Origin: an uncultured Gammaproteobacteria bacterium
GTDB taxonomy: Bacteria; Patescibacteriota; Microgenomatia; UBA10105; UBA927
Assembly (NCBI GenBank): GCA_964609895.1
Contig: CAZSTG010000002.1
Span: 84,373-148,372, forward strand
Length of the DNA stretch: 64,000 nucleotides
Direction: 5' to 3'
Shown here one piece after another: positions 9,250 to 19,925 of the stretch (position 1 is the first letter of the stretch; each line of letters opens with the position of its first letter). The notes beneath the pieces are model-generated. The model made no database searches. It was not told the origin of the DNA and was given only the letters and a program-made list of their open reading frames with translations. The position numbers were made by a program, and so were the translations under genes.

Positions 9250-11263
9250 ATCACCGACAAAAGCAAAAACACTGACACGGTTTTTAAAAGGAAAATATTC
9301 CGTACTTGCCACCATGGGGCACATCAGGGACTTGCCGAAGTCGACGCTTGGTGTGGATGTGGAACACGATTTTACTCCGAGTTACATTGTTCCAAAGGAC
9401 AAGAAAAAACAGGTTGGTGAACTGGTTACGGCGATGAAAAAAGCAGATGACATTATTCTTGCTACAGACCCTGATCGAGAAGGAGAGGCGATTGCATGGC
9501 ACGTTGCATCCATCCTTGATGAAGCAAAACCTCGTTCAAAGGATGCAAAGCGATCAAAAAAAAGGGAAACGAAACCTACAGTATATAAACGCATTACATT
9601 TCATGAAATCACGGAGGCAGCCATTACTCACGCGTTAGAACACCCTGGGGTTATTGATATGAAACTGGTGGAAGCACAGCAAGCGAGGCGTGTTTTGGAT
9701 CGGTTAGTGGGATATAAATTATCTCCCATTCTTTGGCAGAAACTCTCTAAACGTTGGCTTTCCGCAGGTCGTGTGCAGTCCGTGACCGTCAGGCTTATTG
9801 TCGAGCGGGAAAGGGAGATCACACGGTTTGCAAAAGAGCCATATTTTACGATTTTGGGGAATTTCGCAGATTCTGCAGACATTGCAGCACATTTGGTGTC
9901 CCATAACGGTAAAAAATATGAAGAAACGGTAGCACTTGAATTGTTTGACGGAAAATATACGACCACCAAAACATCTATCTTGTCTGAAGCGCAGGCAAAA
10001 ACGATCATTGCCGATATTACCGCTCCGTTTACTGTAAGCGCTGTGGACAGGAAAGAAACGAAGCGTGCACCGCAACCTCCATATACGACGAGCACCATGC
10101 AGCAGGATGCGGGAAGAAAACTCTATTTTAGCGCCAAAAAAACCATGCAGCTTGCGCAGAAATTATACGAGGAAGGGCTTATTACCTATCATCGTACCGA
10201 CAGCGTGAACCTTTCAGAAAAGTTTGTCGGTGAAGCACGGGCATTCATCACATCCGTATATGGTGAGGGATATGTTCCGGAGAAACCGCGGGCATTTCAG
10301 ACCAAATCAAAAGTCGCCCAAGAAGCGCATGAGGCGGTACGGCCAACTAGTGTCGGAGTTCGGGATGAACAACTGAAAACAAATACGGAATTCAATCATG
10401 ATCATCTCAGGCTGTATGACCTGATCTGGAAGCGGGCGGTTGCCTCCCAGATGAAAGAAGCGATATTTGATTCGACAACGATTACCATTACCAGTGGGAA
10501 TGCCTATGTATTCCAATCACAGGGGTCTGTGATCAAATTTGACGGATTTTTGGCAATCACCGGACATGAAACAGATGATGCGATAGTCCCTGCAGTGGCA
10601 GTTGGAGAGATGCTGAAACTCAAATCTGCGGTTGTTGAACCACATGAGACACAACCTCCTCCGCGGTATACCGAAGCAAGCCTGATCAAAGCGTTGGAGG
10701 AAAAAGATATCGGCCGACCGAGCACCTACGCGCCGATTTTGTCAACGATCATTGACAGACAGTATGTTGCCAAGATCGAAAAAAAGTTTGAACCGACAGA
10801 GCTTGGGAATCAAGTGACTGACTTTCTTGTGACGTATTTTCCTGAGATTATGAGTTTGCCGTTTACTGCCGCCATGGAAGACAGTTTGGATGAAATAGCA
10901 AACGGAAAAAAGGAGTGGGCGCCGGTACTTGCAGCCTTCTACGCACCGTTTTCAGAAGCAATAACCAGAACTTTGGAAACGGCGGAAAAAGTAAAGTCGC
11001 CTGTCGAGGAACTGGATGAGCAATGTCCTGAATGCGGCAACACGCTCGTCGTTAGAACGGGGAAATTCGGCAAATTCATTGCATGCAGTAATTTCCCGAC
11101 CTGCAAATACACGAGGCAGAAATTGGAAACCATTGATATGAAATGTCCGAAATGCGGGGGAGACATCGTGGTGAAAAAGACACGGTACGGAAAAACGTTT
11201 TACGGATGCAGTAACTATCCTGCGTGTACATTTGCCGCGTGGAAGAAAGAAGATATAAAATAA
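9230..11263 (+). CDS. topA: DNA topoisomerase I
   Basis: LIIVESPTKAKT, ATDPDREGEAIAWH, SAGRVQS, ITYHRTDS, two C-terminal Zn ribbons; GGAGGA RBS before ATG 9230. Confidence 0.98.
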   Translation: MPLIIVESPTKAKTLTRFLKGKYSVLATMGHIRDLPKSTLGVDVEHDFTPSYIVPKDKKKQVGELVTAMKKADDIILATDPDREGEAIAWHVASILDEAKPRSKDAKRSKKRETKPTVYKRITFHEITEAAITHALEHPGVIDMKLVEAQQARRVLDRLVGYKLSPILWQKLSKRWLSAGRVQSVTVRLIVEREREITRFAKEPYFTILGNFADSADIAAHLVSHNGKKYEETVALELFDGKYTTTKTSILSEAQAKTIIADITAPFTVSAVDRKETKRAPQPPYTTSTMQQDAGRKLYFSAKKTMQLAQKLYEEGLITYHRTDSVNLSEKFVGEARAFITSVYGEGYVPEKPRAFQTKSKVAQEAHEAVRPTSVGVRDEQLKTNTEFNHDHLRLYDLIWKRAVASQMKEAIFDSTTITITSGNAYVFQSQGSVIKFDGFLAITGHETDDAIVPAVAVGEMLKLKSAVVEPHETQPPPRYTEASLIKALEEKDIGRPSTYAPILSTIIDRQYVAKIEKKFEPTELGNQVTDFLVTYFPEIMSLPFTAAMEDSLDEIANGKKEWAPVLAAFYAPFSEAITRTLETAEKVKSPVEELDEQCPECGNTLVVRTGKFGKFIACSNFPTCKYTRQKLETIDMKCPKCGGDIVVKKTRYGKTFYGCSNYPACTFAAWKKEDIK

Positions 11264-11320
11264 ATACTAATAACCCAATAAATACCAATACATCAATTCG
11301 ACCAATACATATCAATACAT
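11264..11320. repeat. Degenerate CCAATA-core short tandem repeats
   Basis: CCCAATAAATACCAATACATCAATTCGACCAATACATATCAATACAT; related tracts at 24810, 32735, 38206, 59340. Confidence 0.7.
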
Positions 11321-11345
11321 AGGATAAAAGTAGTATCATGAATGT

Positions 11346-11561
11346 ATGGAAGAACGGACAAAGACCATCGCGGCTGTAACCATACTCGTCAGCATAGTTG
11401 TTCTTATCATTGTCGTCGTCGGCATCATGGTGTCTTCCAAAAAGGTTATCTCGCCGGTTCCAGCGGAGGGATCAATTAAGATCATTTTCGTTTCTCCTAC
11501 ACCGATGGCTGGATTGTCTGCATCAGCATCAGCGGCACCCAAAATTCCATCTGGCAGATAA
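11346..11561 (+). CDS. Small single-TM hypothetical protein
   Basis: 71 aa; TM followed by KKVISPVP and a Pro/Ser/Ala tail; fills the gap between topA and the PAP2 gene. Confidence 0.7.
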   Translation: MEERTKTIAAVTILVSIVVLIIVVVGIMVSSKKVISPVPAEGSIKIIFVSPTPMAGLSASASAAPKIPSGR

Positions 11562-11586
11562 CGGATTAATTTGATACGGTTATGGT

Positions 11587-12201
11587 ATGCACATGATCGG
11601 CTCTATTGATACGGCAATTTTTTATGCGATCAATCATCTTCCGCACGGATGGCTTTCTGACGGATTTTTTGGCATGCTGTCCGGTCTTGGTGACAGCGGG
11701 TTTATCTGGTTAGTGATCGGCATCTGGCTGATTGCCCGTGAAGAAAAACGGGATAAACGGTTTTTTCTTCCGTTGGGAATTGCAGGGGGTATGAGCTGGT
11801 TTGTATCGGAAGTACTTATAAAATCCATTGTTGCCCGAATCAGGCCTTCCAATGTACTTGATCATGTCATAACGGTAGGTATCCCCAACGGATATTCGTT
11901 TCCTTCCTCCCATGCAACTCTCGCGTTTGCTTTTGCCGTTGTGCTTTCTTATAAAGAACCGAAATTCAAACGTCTGTTTTTTTTGCTGGCTGTACTGATC
12001 GGATTTTCACGCATTTTTTTGGGATATCATTATCCGGGCGACGTGCTTGCAGGAGCAGCACTCGGGTTATTGATCGGGTATGGTACCGTGTTTTGGCATA
12101 GACAAAGCGGTAAGCAAAAAAAGGTGAAGCTTGGGAAAAAAGAAAAGCGCACGCTTCATTCCGTGCACATTCGAAAGAAACAACGGCATCGCAGATCATA
12201 G
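11587..12201 (+). CDS. PAP2 family phosphatase (undecaprenyl-diphosphate phosphatase-like)
   Basis: KSIVARIRP, SFPSSH, SRIFLGYHYPGDV. Confidence 0.92.
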   Translation: MHMIGSIDTAIFYAINHLPHGWLSDGFFGMLSGLGDSGFIWLVIGIWLIAREEKRDKRFFLPLGIAGGMSWFVSEVLIKSIVARIRPSNVLDHVITVGIPNGYSFPSSHATLAFAFAVVLSYKEPKFKRLFFLLAVLIGFSRIFLGYHYPGDVLAGAALGLLIGYGTVFWHRQSGKQKKVKLGKKEKRTLHSVHIRKKQRHRRS

Positions 12202-12223
12202 TGCTTCATTGTATAATAAACAG

Positions 12224-12754
12224 ATGAAAATGAATGCAGCTCAACTTCGAACGCAACCGGTGGACACGGAGGTTGCCACAGCAATTGCCAAAAATCCTAT
12301 TACCATTATTTTGGATAACGTACTTGATACGTATAACATCGGATCTATTTTTAGACTTGCTGATGCGGTTGCTGCCGAGAAAGTGTATCTTTGCGGGGCA
12401 ACGGAAACGCCACCGAATACACGGATTAAAAAAGCATCCATTAATACATGCGAGTGGGTACAGTGGCAGTATGTAAAAACGACACTCGATGGGATTGCAG
12501 ACTTTAAAAAAACTCATCCTGACGGGAAAATTATCGCTGTGGAACAAGATGCAAAGAGCATTCCATTTCAGGATGTTATCTATACAATGCCAATTGCGAT
12601 TATTGTGGGAAACGAGACATACGGTGTAAGCAAGGAAGTGCTGGAACGTGTTGATACGATAGTAGAACTTCCGATGTTTGGCATAAATACTTCACTGAAT
12701 GTCATGGTAACGACCGGAATTGTATTATATGACGTCGTGCGGAGTATCCGTTAA
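12224..12754 (+). CDS. TrmH/SpoU family RNA methyltransferase
   Basis: ILDNVLDTYNIGSIFR, IVGNETYGV, PMFGINTSLNV; ATG lies 6 nt after TATAAT. Confidence 0.93.
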   Translation: MKMNAAQLRTQPVDTEVATAIAKNPITIILDNVLDTYNIGSIFRLADAVAAEKVYLCGATETPPNTRIKKASINTCEWVQWQYVKTTLDGIADFKKTHPDGKIIAVEQDAKSIPFQDVIYTMPIAIIVGNETYGVSKEVLERVDTIVELPMFGINTSLNVMVTTGIVLYDVVRSIR

Positions 12755-12759
12755 AATTT

Positions 12760-13749
12760 GTGGCTAAAAAAACAGTTTTTCTTTCTATAGTTTTTTTACA
12801 ATTAATATGTATTAGTTTGCTTATTTATGGGGCGGTAAAAAATCACGCTTCGGTTTTAGGAACGTATTCTTTATCTCCAATAGATAAAACATTTATATTT
12901 TATCCGACAAATTCATCACTTCAATATTATTATGAACTTCAACCAAATAGTGTGAAATATGAAGATCTTGAATTTTTGGGTTTGTCAGGTGAGGTAAAAC
13001 ATACGATAAATCAAGACGGGTTAAACGAACGGTATGATTATCAAATTCCCAAGCCGGACAATACATACAGGATAGTTGTATTGGGTGATTCTTTTACTGA
13101 AGGGATGTTTGTGGATACAGAAAATAATTATACGGAACTTCTTGAGGATAGACTGAATGTTTCGTTGCGCTGTGCAAATTGGATTCACTTTGACGTTATT
13201 AATCTCGGGGTTGAAGGGTACGATATGCAATACAACGCTGAGCGATGGAAGCGAAAAGGAATAAAATATCAGCCTGATCTTGTGATTTTGTTGACTGAGG
13301 AAGATGACTTTATTCAACCAAATGAACTATTTCACCCAGTTGTTGAAAAGATCCAAAAGGAATTAGAGGCAGCCTCCATTGCCGAAATAAAAACATTTGA
13401 TACATCAAAAGATTTTTATGAAGCTTGGACGCTGGCGTCTCAGGAGATACTGCAAGCATATAACGGAGATATTACACAGATCATATTACAATCGGCCGAG
13501 AGTCTAAAAACAATCACAGCTACCTATGAAGGTCCGTTTATTATAACGACATTGAAAAGTACATCCAAATCAATTTTGCAGGAATTACAATTCGTTCAAA
13601 ATCAACGTCCTCAAACATTTTTGTTTACTATTGGTGACTATGATATGTTTCCCGATGGTCATCCATCCAAAGAGGGTCATCGACAATTTGCGCAATTTAT
13701 GTATGATCAGTTGATGAAAAACGACATAATTTCTTGTGATATACACTAA
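12760..13749 (+). CDS. Membrane-anchored SGNH/GDSL family protein
   Basis: N-terminal TM, VLGDSFTEG, INLGVEGY, PDGHPS. Confidence 0.88.
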   Translation: MAKKTVFLSIVFLQLICISLLIYGAVKNHASVLGTYSLSPIDKTFIFYPTNSSLQYYYELQPNSVKYEDLEFLGLSGEVKHTINQDGLNERYDYQIPKPDNTYRIVVLGDSFTEGMFVDTENNYTELLEDRLNVSLRCANWIHFDVINLGVEGYDMQYNAERWKRKGIKYQPDLVILLTEEDDFIQPNELFHPVVEKIQKELEAASIAEIKTFDTSKDFYEAWTLASQEILQAYNGDITQIILQSAESLKTITATYEGPFIITTLKSTSKSILQELQFVQNQRPQTFLFTIGDYDMFPDGHPSKEGHRQFAQFMYDQLMKNDIISCDIH

Positions 13750-13755
13750 TATAGT

Positions 13756-14745
13756 ATGAAACCTGTATCAAGACTTCTATGGGGAAGTATCGTGTTAATT
13801 GAATGCGTGTGTCTTGTCATCATTTGTTATGAATTTTGGTATCAAAAGACGCATGTTCCTGTTCGTATACAAGTAATGCCGATACAGAAAGAATATCTTT
13901 TTTTTCCTCAGGATACGAATTTGAAATTTTATTCCGAGCCGAAAGCAAATATCAGTAAACAGGAAGACTTGTCGTATATTGGTATATCCAAAACAATAAC
14001 GCATACGTTTAATGCGGACGGCCTGAATGAACGGTTTGATTATCCGCTAGAGAAAGAAAAAGATGTGTTTCGGATTGTTTCCCTCGGTGATTCATTTACT
14101 GAAGGGGCATTTGTTGATACAAAGGATACATATTCCGAAGTGCTAGAGGATATGTTGAATGCACAACTTTCATGTTCGGGGATACGGCGTTTTGAAGTCA
14201 TCAACTTAGGGGTAGAGGGGTATGATATGCAGTATTCATTAGAACGGTTTATACGAAAAGGGGAGAAGTATCATCCAGATCTGGTCATTCTTTGGACGAA
14301 TGAAAATGATTATACAGAGAGTAATGAAAAACTCGGTGCATTTGCACAGGAATATGATCCTGATACCGAAGCTCCAGCACAAGTGCAGATGTATAAGGAT
14401 AAGGGAGATTATTACCCCGCGTTGACCGTACTTGTTGAAGAATATTTCCGTCGTCATATACGTCAGGAACTGATAGATGAAGAACTTGGGTACTTTCAGA
14501 TGTTCGCTACACGTTATACTGGCCCGCTGCTTGTTTTTTCCTTGGAAACGCTTCCTGCAGACATCAGGGAAACACTACAGCTCATGATTCAACAGAATCC
14601 GTATGCATATTTTTATCCGTCTATTCCCGATTCATACAGCGCGTTTCCGGATTACCATCCGTCACGAGAGGGGCATGCTGAATTTGCAACATTTTTGTTT
14701 CAGAAGATGAGAACTACTTTTTTTTCTGTTTGTAAGACCAGATAA
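13756..14745 (+). CDS. Membrane-anchored SGNH/GDSL family protein (tandem paralog)
   Basis: N-terminal TM, SLGDSFTEG, INLGVEGYDMQY, PDYHPS; same length (329 aa) as the upstream gene. Confidence 0.88.
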   Translation: MKPVSRLLWGSIVLIECVCLVIICYEFWYQKTHVPVRIQVMPIQKEYLFFPQDTNLKFYSEPKANISKQEDLSYIGISKTITHTFNADGLNERFDYPLEKEKDVFRIVSLGDSFTEGAFVDTKDTYSEVLEDMLNAQLSCSGIRRFEVINLGVEGYDMQYSLERFIRKGEKYHPDLVILWTNENDYTESNEKLGAFAQEYDPDTEAPAQVQMYKDKGDYYPALTVLVEEYFRRHIRQELIDEELGYFQMFATRYTGPLLVFSLETLPADIRETLQLMIQQNPYAYFYPSIPDSYSAFPDYHPSREGHAEFATFLFQKMRTTFFSVCKTR

Positions 14746-14748
14746 CAG

Positions 14749-15897
14749 TTATTTTTGATTTTCAATTTGCAGCGCCTGTGAGAGTATCGGCAGAAGAATA
14801 GAAGCCACCGATTCGTTTCCTTTTACATTTAAATGTGTATCCCGCGGATGAAAATACTGCTGATTGTCTGTATTTTCCAACCATAACGACAGAATATCGA
14901 CGTATGGTATATTCAGTTGATCAAAATAGGTTGTGAGTAATCGTTGCGGGGTGGTTATGTCAAATTCCGAAAATGAACGACCCATGCGGAGTGCTGCTGA
15001 TGCGAGCAGTTCTGTGTTGACTTGAAATTCCGCCGGTATCAGCACAACCAAAAAACGGGCATTCATATTCAAAGCGTCATTCTGCATTTCACGTATTGCA
15101 TGTTGTACAGATTGCAACTGTGTTGTTGAAATGGTGTTAGGGATGAGAATATCGGCTAGGTTACTTGTCAGGTCTATGTATTCGGATTCTGAAAAAGAAG
15201 GAGTGATCGGATCATATTCGGCGCCTATATATGTTCCGGATTGCGCATATTGAGGAGCGTTTTGTGTGGTTGCTTCGTGAGAGGTTATCTGAAGATAATA
15301 TGTTTTTAAGAATGAAGCGAGATATGATTTTTGAAAAAACTTTTGGAGCATCGCTTTATATGTTGGCCGTTGTGTTTCACTTTCAGTGATGATCTGATCG
15401 TCGGAAAAATCATTGCTTAGAGAGAGAACAAGCATAACGAGGTCGGGATCATATTTTTTACCCTTTTCCTCAAGAATATTCTTTTCCGCTAGTGGACCGA
15501 TACAGGGTTTACCTAGATTGATGATTTGTACCTGCATGTCCGTTTTTTGTTGCAGTTGTTGTTCCATTATTCTGATAAAGCTTTGGGCATACGGAACGGT
15601 CGCAGTGAGTGCTGAATCCCCAATGACAACGACTCGTTTTGTATTTGGCGGTTTTATAAAAGAGTATTCAGGACTGTAATTTCCCTGTGAGTTTATGACA
15701 AATCCGTTGAGCAATGTGTTGGGTATGAGTTGGCAATCGGCTGTGTTGTCAGATTGGGAGGTAACCTCTGTCTTTTTAGCATATTGTGTGTAGAAACGGA
15801 GCGGTTGAGAAAATGGGGTGATACAACGAAGAAGAATTTCTATGAGAATACTCACTATAAGAATGCCAAGCACGCTTTTACAAAAGTTTTTTACCAT
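14749..15897 (-). CDS. Membrane-anchored SGNH protein (AlgJ/AlgX/SxtL-like)
   Basis: TM ending in EILLR, VIGDS, INLG, RDTHLNVKGN; start overlaps the carbamoyltransferase stop. Confidence 0.85.
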   Translation of the reverse strand: MVKNFCKSVLGILIVSILIEILLRCITPFSQPLRFYTQYAKKTEVTSQSDNTADCQLIPNTLLNGFVINSQGNYSPEYSFIKPPNTKRVVVIGDSALTATVPYAQSFIRIMEQQLQQKTDMQVQIINLGKPCIGPLAEKNILEEKGKKYDPDLVMLVLSLSNDFSDDQIITESETQRPTYKAMLQKFFQKSYLASFLKTYYLQITSHEATTQNAPQYAQSGTYIGAEYDPITPSFSESEYIDLTSNLADILIPNTISTTQLQSVQHAIREMQNDALNMNARFLVVLIPAEFQVNTELLASAALRMGRSFSEFDITTPQRLLTTYFDQLNIPYVDILSLWLENTDNQQYFHPRDTHLNVKGNESVASILLPILSQALQIENQK

Positions 15898-17590
15898 TTT
15901 TTTTCACAATATAATTGTTGATAATCAGATAATCCATCGGCGTTTTTAAGAAATCAACAACTGCCTGACGCGGCGTTTCCACAATTGGTTCTCCCTGCAG
16001 ATTGAAGCTGGTATTCATGATACATCCAATGTGTGTTTTTTTTGCGTATGCTTTGATGAGAAGATAATATCTTCCGTTTTCCGGAGCAACAGTTTGTATG
16101 CGACAGGATTCATCTTGATGGACAATTGCCGCAAGTTTCTGCTGTTTGTGTTTTTTTACCTGAAAGCAGAAATTCATGAATGGGGACGCATGTTTTTTTT
16201 GCGGCACGTCGAAATAGTCATGGATGGTTTCCTGCAGCGCTGATCCCGCAAACGGTCTAAACTGTTCTCTGTGCTTAATGATATTCATTTTTGTTTTCAT
16301 GCTTCTCGGATTGGTTGCCGCAAGTATGGAACGGTTGCCGAGTGCCCGCGGACCAAATTCCATGGACCCCTGAAACCAGCCGATGATTTTTTTGGCGGCG
16401 AGCATCGCGGCAGCTTTTTTCACCAAGAGCGTTTCATCGTCAATTTTTTGATAGGAAAGGTGCGGATATTGCCGCAGCACGCGTTCGATATCTTCATCAC
16501 TTTGGCTTGTGCCGAGTGCGAGGGTGGGAAGTTGTTTGTGATGAACTGCGACTGATCCAAAAAAGTTGTAATACACATAGAGCGCCGCACCGATTGCCGT
16601 ACCGCTGTCACTTGCACTTCCTAAGATATGAATTTTTTTAAACGGTGTCTGTCTGTAGAGTTTTCCGTTTGCGAGTGCATTGAGCGCGACACCCCCGCTC
16701 ATGCACAGGTGCTTTTCGCCTGTGATTGAGTACAGATGATGGAGTACTGCAATCAACAGTTCCTCCGTCACCTTTTGGAGGCTTGCAGCGATGTCCTTAT
16801 GGCGTTTTTCCATCGGTTCATGTGGTTTTCTGGAAATTCCAAAAAGTTTTTCAAAGCGTTTATTCCACATTGAGAAGGATGTCTCAAATCCGAAATACCG
16901 CATGTTGAGACGGAAACTGCCATCGGGTTTGACGTCAATCAGTTTTCTGATTTCAGCCTCATATGTTGGTTTTCCATACGCGGCAAGTCCCATGACCTTA
17001 TATTCATCCTCATTAATTTTAAATCCCAAAAAAGCGGTCACAGTGGAATACAAAAGTCCGATGGAGTGCGGAAAATCAATGAAACCGAGCTTCGTGATTG
17101 CGTGTCCGTTTGCTGCCCACAATGCGGTTGTTTCATACTCTCCGACACCGTCTACAGTAAGGATTGCAGCATGAGAAAATGGAGATGTGAAAAAAGAAGA
17201 CGCCGCGTGGGAAAGATGATGGGGAACAAACATAATCTGTTTTTTAAAATGGAGCCCCTTTCGTATGGTGTGTTCGACTGCAAGTTTTGATCCTAGCCAG
17301 TCGGGTATGGATGTGAGAAACGGTCTGATTCCGCGCGGGTAGGTGGCAACAAATGTTTCAAGGATTCGCTCAAATTTCAGGAGCGGCTTTTCGTAGTATG
17401 CAATGACATCGACATCGTCCATTGTGTAGCCAGCAAGTTGCAGTACCCGTGTGACTGCCTGCAGAGGAAACTGGTTGTCATGTTTGATTCTGGTAAACCG
17501 TTCTTCTTCAAGAGCTGCGATGATCCGGCCATCGACAATGAGTGCTGCGGCACTGTCATGATAAAACGCTGATATGCCAAGAATGATCAT
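15878..17590 (-). CDS. O-carbamoyltransferase (NodU/CmcH/SxtI family)
   Basis: GISAFYHDSAAA, EEERFTRIKH, HHLSHAAS, EYKVMGLAAYG, EFGPRALGNRS, NTSFN. Confidence 0.96.
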   Translation of the reverse strand: MIILGISAFYHDSAAALIVDGRIIAALEEERFTRIKHDNQFPLQAVTRVLQLAGYTMDDVDVIAYYEKPLLKFERILETFVATYPRGIRPFLTSIPDWLGSKLAVEHTIRKGLHFKKQIMFVPHHLSHAASSFFTSPFSHAAILTVDGVGEYETTALWAANGHAITKLGFIDFPHSIGLLYSTVTAFLGFKINEDEYKVMGLAAYGKPTYEAEIRKLIDVKPDGSFRLNMRYFGFETSFSMWNKRFEKLFGISRKPHEPMEKRHKDIAASLQKVTEELLIAVLHHLYSITGEKHLCMSGGVALNALANGKLYRQTPFKKIHILGSASDSGTAIGAALYVYYNFFGSVAVHHKQLPTLALGTSQSDEDIERVLRQYPHLSYQKIDDETLLVKKAAAMLAAKKIIGWFQGSMEFGPRALGNRSILAATNPRSMKTKMNIIKHREQFRPFAGSALQETIHDYFDVPQKKHASPFMNFCFQVKKHKQQKLAAIVHQDESCRIQTVAPENGRYYLLIKAYAKKTHIGCIMNTSFNLQGEPIVETPRQAVVDFLKTPMDYLIINNYIVKKNGKKLL

Positions 17591-17591
17591 A

Positions 17592-17780
17592 TTAATAGGG
17601 TGATGAGAAATAGTGTTTAGGCAACTTTTTTAGCTGCGGTAGCTTCCAATAACTGTTGCCTTTCAATGTTGTGTGCGCGGTTGTTTTATGCAACATCCAT
17701 GCAATGCCAATCGCGAAGATATAGAAGATGCCGACAATGAGTGAAATAAATACCGTGTTTAGCTTTTTGACAAGTTTCAT
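17592..17780 (-). CDS. Small membrane protein, SxtJ-like C-terminal module
   Basis: 62 aa with one TM (LIVGIFYIFAIGIAW), SYW motif and aromatic C-terminus; coupled to both neighbours. Confidence 0.7.
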   Translation of the reverse strand: MKLVKKLNTVFISLIVGIFYIFAIGIAWMLHKTTAHTTLKGNSYWKLPQLKKLPKHYFSSPY

Positions 17781-17929
17781 AAAATCGGGTACAGGAAGAC
17801 GGGCAGCGGGCTCACCTGTGCACTGACAACAAGAAGCGCAATGATGATGAGAAAAAGGATAACAGGAATAATCCAGATTTTGTTCGAGTGTGTCGCCAAG
17901 ACGATAAGCTGTTTTATCGAATGAAACAT
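17777..17929 (-). CDS. DUF5989/SxtK-like 50-aa membrane peptide
   Basis: KIWIIPVILFLIIIALLVVSAQVSPLPVFLYPIL fits the family pattern K.W..P...L......S..P.F.Y..(F/L); ATGA overlap with the next gene. Confidence 0.82.
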   Translation of the reverse strand: MFHSIKQLIVLATHSNKIWIIPVILFLIIIALLVVSAQVSPLPVFLYPIL

Positions 17930-17982
17930 ACAGAAATTATTATAATCGAATAGTTCCTCAAAAAACAAACGCCTATTGGGGA

Positions 17983-18011
17983 TTGACGCGGGGATAAGCT
18001 TCCCGTATAAT
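17983..18011 (+). promoter_or_regulatory. Sigma70 promoter of the 16S rRNA gene
   Basis: TTGACG-17 nt-TATAAT. Confidence 0.88.
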
Positions 18012-18099
18012 TAACCTTTGCAATGAGAAAGTAAGCCAATTCGCTTCGTGTTATTGGGATAACCCCGCACACAAGGCGGGCTTTTTTTTCTCTCTTTTT

Positions 18100-18111
18100 T
18101 GCTCCTTAACA
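18100..18111 (+). promoter_or_regulatory. boxA-like rRNA antitermination site
   Basis: TGCTCCTTAACA, one mismatch to canonical TGCTCTTTAACA, in the rRNA leader. Confidence 0.7.
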
Positions 18112-18175
18112 TAGTTTTGCAAGCAGTATAGTCAGTACAGTAAATATCTTGGTGAATTAAACGGTGATAGGAAAT

Positions 18176-19665
<1,490 letters not shown>

Positions 19666-19816
19666 TAATTAAAAAATCGAAGACAACAAAGCATACACTA
19701 GGCCATTGGCCTACACTATATGAAGAGTGTCGTTAGATTTTGACACGCATCTCTTGAGAGAGTGCGTACGTAAGTAAAACTATTCTCGAGCAGAATAGTT
19801 CTCTCAAAAACCCTAG

Positions 19817-19852
19817 TTCCTGTCACCGTCTAGCTCGTCAAGTATTTACTGT
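19817..19852 (+). other. 3' arm of the 16S precursor processing stem (pairs with 18137-18173)
   Basis: TTCCTGTCACCGTCTAGCTCGTCAAGTATTTACTGT is complementary, with G-U pairs and mismatches, to ACAGTAAATATCTTGGTGAATTAAACGGTGATAGGAA. Confidence 0.82.
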
Positions 19853-19860
19853 TTTTCCTT

Positions 19861-19886
19861 ATCCCGCTTTGCACGCGGGATTTTTT
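19861..19886 (+). terminator. Intrinsic terminator closing the 16S transcript
   Basis: ATCCCGC-TTTGCAC-GCGGGAT followed by a T run. Confidence 0.85.
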
Positions 19887-19925
19887 GTGGAACAATAATG
19901 TGTAAGGGTATACTATGTAAAATAC

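Noticed and set aside
14749-17929. Saxitoxin or Nod-factor biosynthesis cluster
   Set aside because: Only the sxtI/J/K/L-like module is present; no sxtA, sxtG or nodABC-like core genes in the window
19666-19816. tRNA in the 16S trailer
   Set aside because: The hairpins lack a T-loop consensus and a closing acceptor stem
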